DNA of 64,000 nt from Eledone cirrhosa (taxonomy: Eukaryota), in the NCBI GenBank assembly GCA_964016885.1, contig OZ024743.1, positions 294,190,001 to 294,254,000 of the forward strand, read 5' to 3'. Position numbers and translations under genes: made by a program. Positions 59,411 through 64,000 of this stretch are shown in pieces. Numbering within the stretch: position 1 is the first letter of the stretch; every line of letters begins with the position of its first letter. The notes beneath the pieces were generated by a model, which made no database searches, had not been told where the DNA came from, and saw nothing but the letters and a program-made list of their open reading frames with translations.

Positions 59411-60000
59411 TATTACTGAGGACCTATTTAGTTTTTATAGAGAATATTAGGAGGAAGGGGTGAAGTTGTTAGAAGAATAGTTGAAGGAGTGGTTTTTCGA
59501 TAGCAGTGAGAATTCTTGGTGGCAGTGATTAATTAGATTCCCATCTGTTGTTTTGACATTTTTTATAGAATATATTATTGGTTATTTTTCTAAATCTATA
59601 GAAGGATTAGAGATAGTAAAGATATGCGTGGTTGGTTTTGTGTTTGCACTTAACATTCAGACTTCAATTTTTCTTTCAAGTGTACGTATTCTTTCACCCA
59701 CGCATTCACACACAAATATATTTGCACACCTCTACAAAATACATATACTCACAATTCACATATTCATACTTACATATATATACACATGCATACACATATA
59801 TATACACACATGTATTCATGTACATACATACGCGCTCATGTGTATACATTTTCATACTCAACTTATCTTTATATATACACACGTATAGACACACACATAT
59901 ATACATACATACTCTAGTCCATGTGTACACACATACACATACATACACATCCATATACACATACATACATACACATATATATATACATATATACATATAC

Positions 60001-60033
<33 letters not shown>

Positions 60034-60040
60034 CACATAC

Positions 60041-60091
<51 letters not shown>

Positions 60092-60360
60092 AGCACTTTA
60101 ATACATGAATACACTTACATCTAACTATACACATCAAACATATATATATATTTACTTATTTATATACATTTTCACATATATATACATACTTATGGACGTT
60201 TTTAGACACATTCATTATCGCATATTTGTACCTATTCCCATCAGCATATCTTTTCATTATTAGTATGGTAATTTAAGGTTATTAATATATGTTGAAAAGA
60301 GATTGTTTTTATATTTTTCTAACTAGATTAAGGTTTATATAGTTGGGGGATGTCCCTCTT

Positions 60361-62298
60361 TTATGTAATATTCGGCTTGTAGTGGGAAAAAAGGGTTTTA
60401 GTTCTGTGACGGCAGAATAATGTTCGTTCAATTCTGTTATTCAGCAGTTTCTTCTTGTGTGTGATTATGTAATAAATCTCAAGATTACACAATTTGCAGA
60501 AATTTTGGCTCCTGGAAAAGCTTTGGGTTTTAGCTAATTTTTCCCATTTTAGGGTAAACTTTTGATTGCTATCCCTGAGCGTCCAAGCTTTCTCTGCTAA
60601 AGTTGTTACATTTCTTTGGCTCTGGTGTTTTATTGAGTAAGAATGCCTATACAATCGAGATTTAAACGATGTTGCCGTTGATCCCACGTAATACCACTCG
60701 TTGCCTCCGGATTTAATGGTACACTTATAAATAATATTTTTTTCCAGGCAGTTATTGCCGAGGGGGCAGTTGTCAGGATAGGTGCAGTTACAGTTGTGTA
60801 CGTTGGGTTTTCTCTGGAGTAGTATTGCGGACGAACTTAGGTGTGGTTTATTTATGTTCTGTAGTGTATTGTCTACTGTTTTTTGGGGGTTCTTTGTACT
60901 GAAGTTCTTAGTGTTTTCGTTTAACCTTCTAGTATTGATCTTTTTTATGTGTTGTTCAAGGTTTAACGCTGTAGAGTATGACAGTCTTATAGTGGTAGGG
61001 TTTAGGATTTTGTGGTATTTGTGTGATGTGGGAAAATGTCTTTTAATTATTTTAAAGAAGAGTACTGGTAAATTTGTACTAATGGAGCTATTGTATTCGG
61101 GGTTATACCATAAGTACTCTTTGCATCGCTTTCTATTAGTTTTGTTTGTTGGTTTACTGGTGTGCATACTATGGTAGTAAGTGTGGTTTGGTGTTGTGTT
61201 ATTATATCTACCTATGTGGGATTTATTTTGGGTGTTTTGATTGTTCCCATCTATGTACTCTATTTTGTTGAGGTAGCCTGCTTTACTAAGGGCGTTATCG
61301 TAGTACTCGGCGTGTTCCTTAAATACTTGTATGTTAGAAGATAGACCTGAGATTCTAAGGGAAATATTTTTAGGGATAGATTTAATTATAGAGATGGGGT
61401 GGTTAGACCCAACATTTACGTATTTGAGATTTTCATTCAATTTATGAAACGGTTTAATCAAACCAGAGTTTAAATTGAGTGTGACATCCAGGAAGTTAAC
61501 TACTTTAAGGTTGTATTCATATGTTATAGTTAATCCTATTTCGAGTAGTAGTTTTCTTATATCTTTGCGTAGTTTTTCTAGTTTTTGGTTATTAAGGTTT
61601 TTAGCTAGGAGGAGAACATCGTCGCGGTATATTCCGCCGTGGAGATTGCTGAATTTTTCCTGGAGTCTAAAGGCGATAAATAACCCCACAATATCAGTTA
61701 TTTCCGCCGAATCGTTAGAGCCCATTGTTATGTCAAAGTTAGAGGGTCTATCTTTACGTACCCAATAACTGTTCTCAAATTTGACTATAGTTTTCCTAGC
61801 TTCTAATATAATCTTAATTTCATCGTTTGTAAGGTCGGAGTTATCCTTAGCAAACTTAATGGCTCTATTCAAAGTTTCAGGTGATATCGATGAGTAATAT
61901 TCATCGATATCAAACTGGATAAACTTAGATTTATTCTTATTGCTAATGCTATTAAACCATCTTATTGCTTCTTGGGTCTTCCCCCAGAGTTTAATGTTAA
62001 CCTTAGCCTTAATTTGGGGGATGATTCTATCTAAGATATATTTGCTTATTTTACCTATATCTGATTTAGAGGGGCAGATTAATCTAATTTTAGGGTCATT
62101 ATCAAAGTTTACCTTGTGGTCCTTAAGATTGAAAGTGGGTACCGCCGGTAAGAGTGGTCCTGTCCTATCTTCGATTCCGAGATTTTTCACTATTTCGCAT
62201 GCCTCATCATTGATGTGCCTAAGGGTTACTTCACTCGTTTTTCTATATTTTTTATGTAATTCTTTTCGAATGAAGTTGTTGTATGTAGTGCAATCCAT
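60361..62298 (-). CDS. PLE RT + GIY-YIG (frame continues upstream to ~62421; native N-terminus missing)
   Basis: 645 aa; QFDIDEYYSSI, YRDD, CNCTYPDNCPLGNNC, NIIYKC..YYVGST, FCKLC..CRHR. Confidence 0.92.
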   Translation of the reverse strand: MDCTTYNNFIRKELHKKYRKTSEVTLRHINDEACEIVKNLGIEDRTGPLLPAVPTFNLKDHKVNFDNDPKIRLICPSKSDIGKISKYILDRIIPQIKAKVNIKLWGKTQEAIRWFNSISNKNKSKFIQFDIDEYYSSISPETLNRAIKFAKDNSDLTNDEIKIILEARKTIVKFENSYWVRKDRPSNFDITMGSNDSAEITDIVGLFIAFRLQEKFSNLHGGIYRDDVLLLAKNLNNQKLEKLRKDIRKLLLEIGLTITYEYNLKVVNFLDVTLNLNSGLIKPFHKLNENLKYVNVGSNHPISIIKSIPKNISLRISGLSSNIQVFKEHAEYYDNALSKAGYLNKIEYIDGNNQNTQNKSHIGRYNNTTPNHTYYHSMHTSKPTNKTNRKRCKEYLWYNPEYNSSISTNLPVLFFKIIKRHFPTSHKYHKILNPTTIRLSYSTALNLEQHIKKINTRRLNENTKNFSTKNPQKTVDNTLQNINKPHLSSSAILLQRKPNVHNCNCTYPDNCPLGNNCLEKNIIYKCTIKSGGNEWYYVGSTATSFKSRLYRHSYSIKHQSQRNVTTLAEKAWTLRDSNQKFTLKWEKLAKTQSFSRSQNFCKLCNLEIYYIITHKKKLLNNRIERTLFCRHRTKTLFSHYKPNIT

Positions 62299-62962
62299 AG
62301 TGTACAGGTTTGATGTTTTGTCCGCTTTTACTACAATTCCTTTGGTGTTTTTAAGGTCGTCCAGTAGTTTTTTTATATCGTTCTGTAATTTGCTGTTGGT
62401 GTTGCGTCCTTTGAATTTAGTTTATTCGTCCGATGGTAGTGGATGATGACCATCATTTTAACTACTTGGAATATAGATTGTCTGTAGATTGTAGGTGGAG
62501 CACAAGTGTTTTGTGGCTCCATTTGAAGCGCCTTATGATTCGGTCTTGCGGGATAAGCAATTGTTTTCTACTGTGTTGATACATCTCGTGCGACAACCTT
62601 GCACATTTATGAATGAATGGGCGCCACAGAAACCACTTCTAAGCAATGAATATTTTTGACGAGAAAAATAGTGATTACTATTTTGGTTTTACTATCATTA
62701 GACTGTGATGTTACAATCATTCATAAGAAAACGCATGATTCTTGATTTTTACGATATTCAAGTTCACTTAAATGAAAATGTGTACAAGCAGCAAAATCGG
62801 TTAGGGATTAACCTTGCGATAAACAGGTGTCTCGTCTAATAGGATTGTTTTAATCTCAACCATATGAAACCAGAAAAAAAACATGAAGAATGTTTAAAAT
62901 AAAAAGGAATCGAAAGATTTATCGGCGAGTTTCATAAATAATTATAAATCAAATTAAATATA

Positions 62963-64000
62963 CTACATTTTAAATTTATATTTATATTTAAAAGTTGAGT
63001 TCAATCTATGTCTGCAGCAACTGAATAAATTTGTCCGTAAATTAAGGGAATTTTTAGATTTTAGTATAAAGAATATCTCCTCCGCGCAGAGGTCACATGT
63101 CTCAGAGGATGAATTAAAAGGAATCCCTCTTGAGACTATATCCCAAGCCGTTGAATATCCAACGTTATCATGCCTAAGTTGCCAGAGTAGGCCTGATAGT
63201 GATGTTGAGGATTTTTTTTCTTGGATCTGTGAAAGAATTCTTGTGGTTATTATAGCGAAGTTTAAATTCTGTCGAGGTGGAACCAACATAGTTAAAAGAA
63301 TTTAAGTCCGTTTTAACATTACAGTTGTATATTATATTTTTAACTAAGCAATTGTTATTTAACGGACATTTAGATCTATCTCTACAGTTACATTTGTTAA
63401 CTTGGATATTATTTATGCTATAATCGGTATTTTGGCTAGGTTTTAAATTTCTATTATTTATTCTATTAATATTTTGTGCTAAATTTTTGGTGGATGAGTA
63501 GGTTAATTTTATAGTATGTCTATTGAAAATTGAGTGATACCTATGTGTTCTAGGGAAGCGATTATCAAGAGCATTAAAAAATAGTTTAGCGATGTGGGTT
63601 TTAATGTTTAGTGAGAAAGGGGGGGGGGGGGCAAACCATATTATATTCCTAGTTCTATTTCTTTTTTGGCTTTTGGAATTATTGTAATGCTTTCTATTAT
63701 AGTTGTTAAAGTTGTTGCCGTAATTAAAATTGTTGTTATTTTGGTTAGTTTGTCTATTATTATCTATGTACATAATTTTATCACTATATCCTGCTCTAGC
63801 TAACGCTTCATTGTAATACTGGGCTTTTTCGTCGAAAATCTTTTTATTAGATGAGATTCTAGAGATACGATTTTGAACAGAGTTTACTATAGTATTTTTA
63901 ACAGATCTGAGGTGGTTAGAGTTAAAGCTGACATAGTTTAAGTTTTCATTCAACTTGTGAAATGTATAGTGAAGACATGTGTTGAGATTTAATGTTACAT
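62963..64000 (-). pseudogene. Naiad-like PLE C-terminal part (frameshifted; runs off window)
   Basis: ORFs 63174-63953 (SNH, IIWF.PP, CNCRDRSKCPLNNNC, YVGST) and 62963-63289 (CDLCAEE..CCRHR). Confidence 0.88.

Larger units (their letters stand above)
59251..62421 (-). mobile_element. Naiad-like PLE, slightly 5'-truncated
   Basis: Paralogue of the 37-3971 element; 3' UTR with TACA-type repeats, hammerhead and (TA)n end. Confidence 0.93.

Overview
AT-rich, microsatellite-laden animal genomic DNA. The SINE family looks like octopus/cephalopod (inference). The window is almost entirely retroelements, sorted by which microsatellite they sit in. (1) Penelope-like elements (RT + GIY-YIG; most carry the CxCx5Cx5C linker of the Naiad group) lie against (TA)n at 0-9 kb, 15-16 kb and 53-64 kb. 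They show direct or inverted pseudo-LTRs, and nine hammerhead-ribozyme motifs occur nearby, including a non-coding 319-bp tandem that looks like a retrozyme. (2) A ~30-kb pile-up at 21.9-51.4 kb consists of Tx1/L1-clade (APE-RT) and R4/Dong-clade (RT-RLE) non-LTR elements. All are joined at (AAT/ATT)n, with opposite strand polarity for the two clades, and one Tx1 (40277-46352) is intact. (3) tRNA-derived SINEs, fold-back elements and a mariner relic fill the rest. No host protein-coding gene is confidently identified; there is only a weak minus-strand exon chain at 11-21 kb. The most notable observations are the retrozyme candidate, a possible micro-intron fusing Tx1 ORF1 to ORF2, SINE/Tx1 3'-end sharing, and an R4 ORF that gains its ATG from the antisense 5' end of Tx1.
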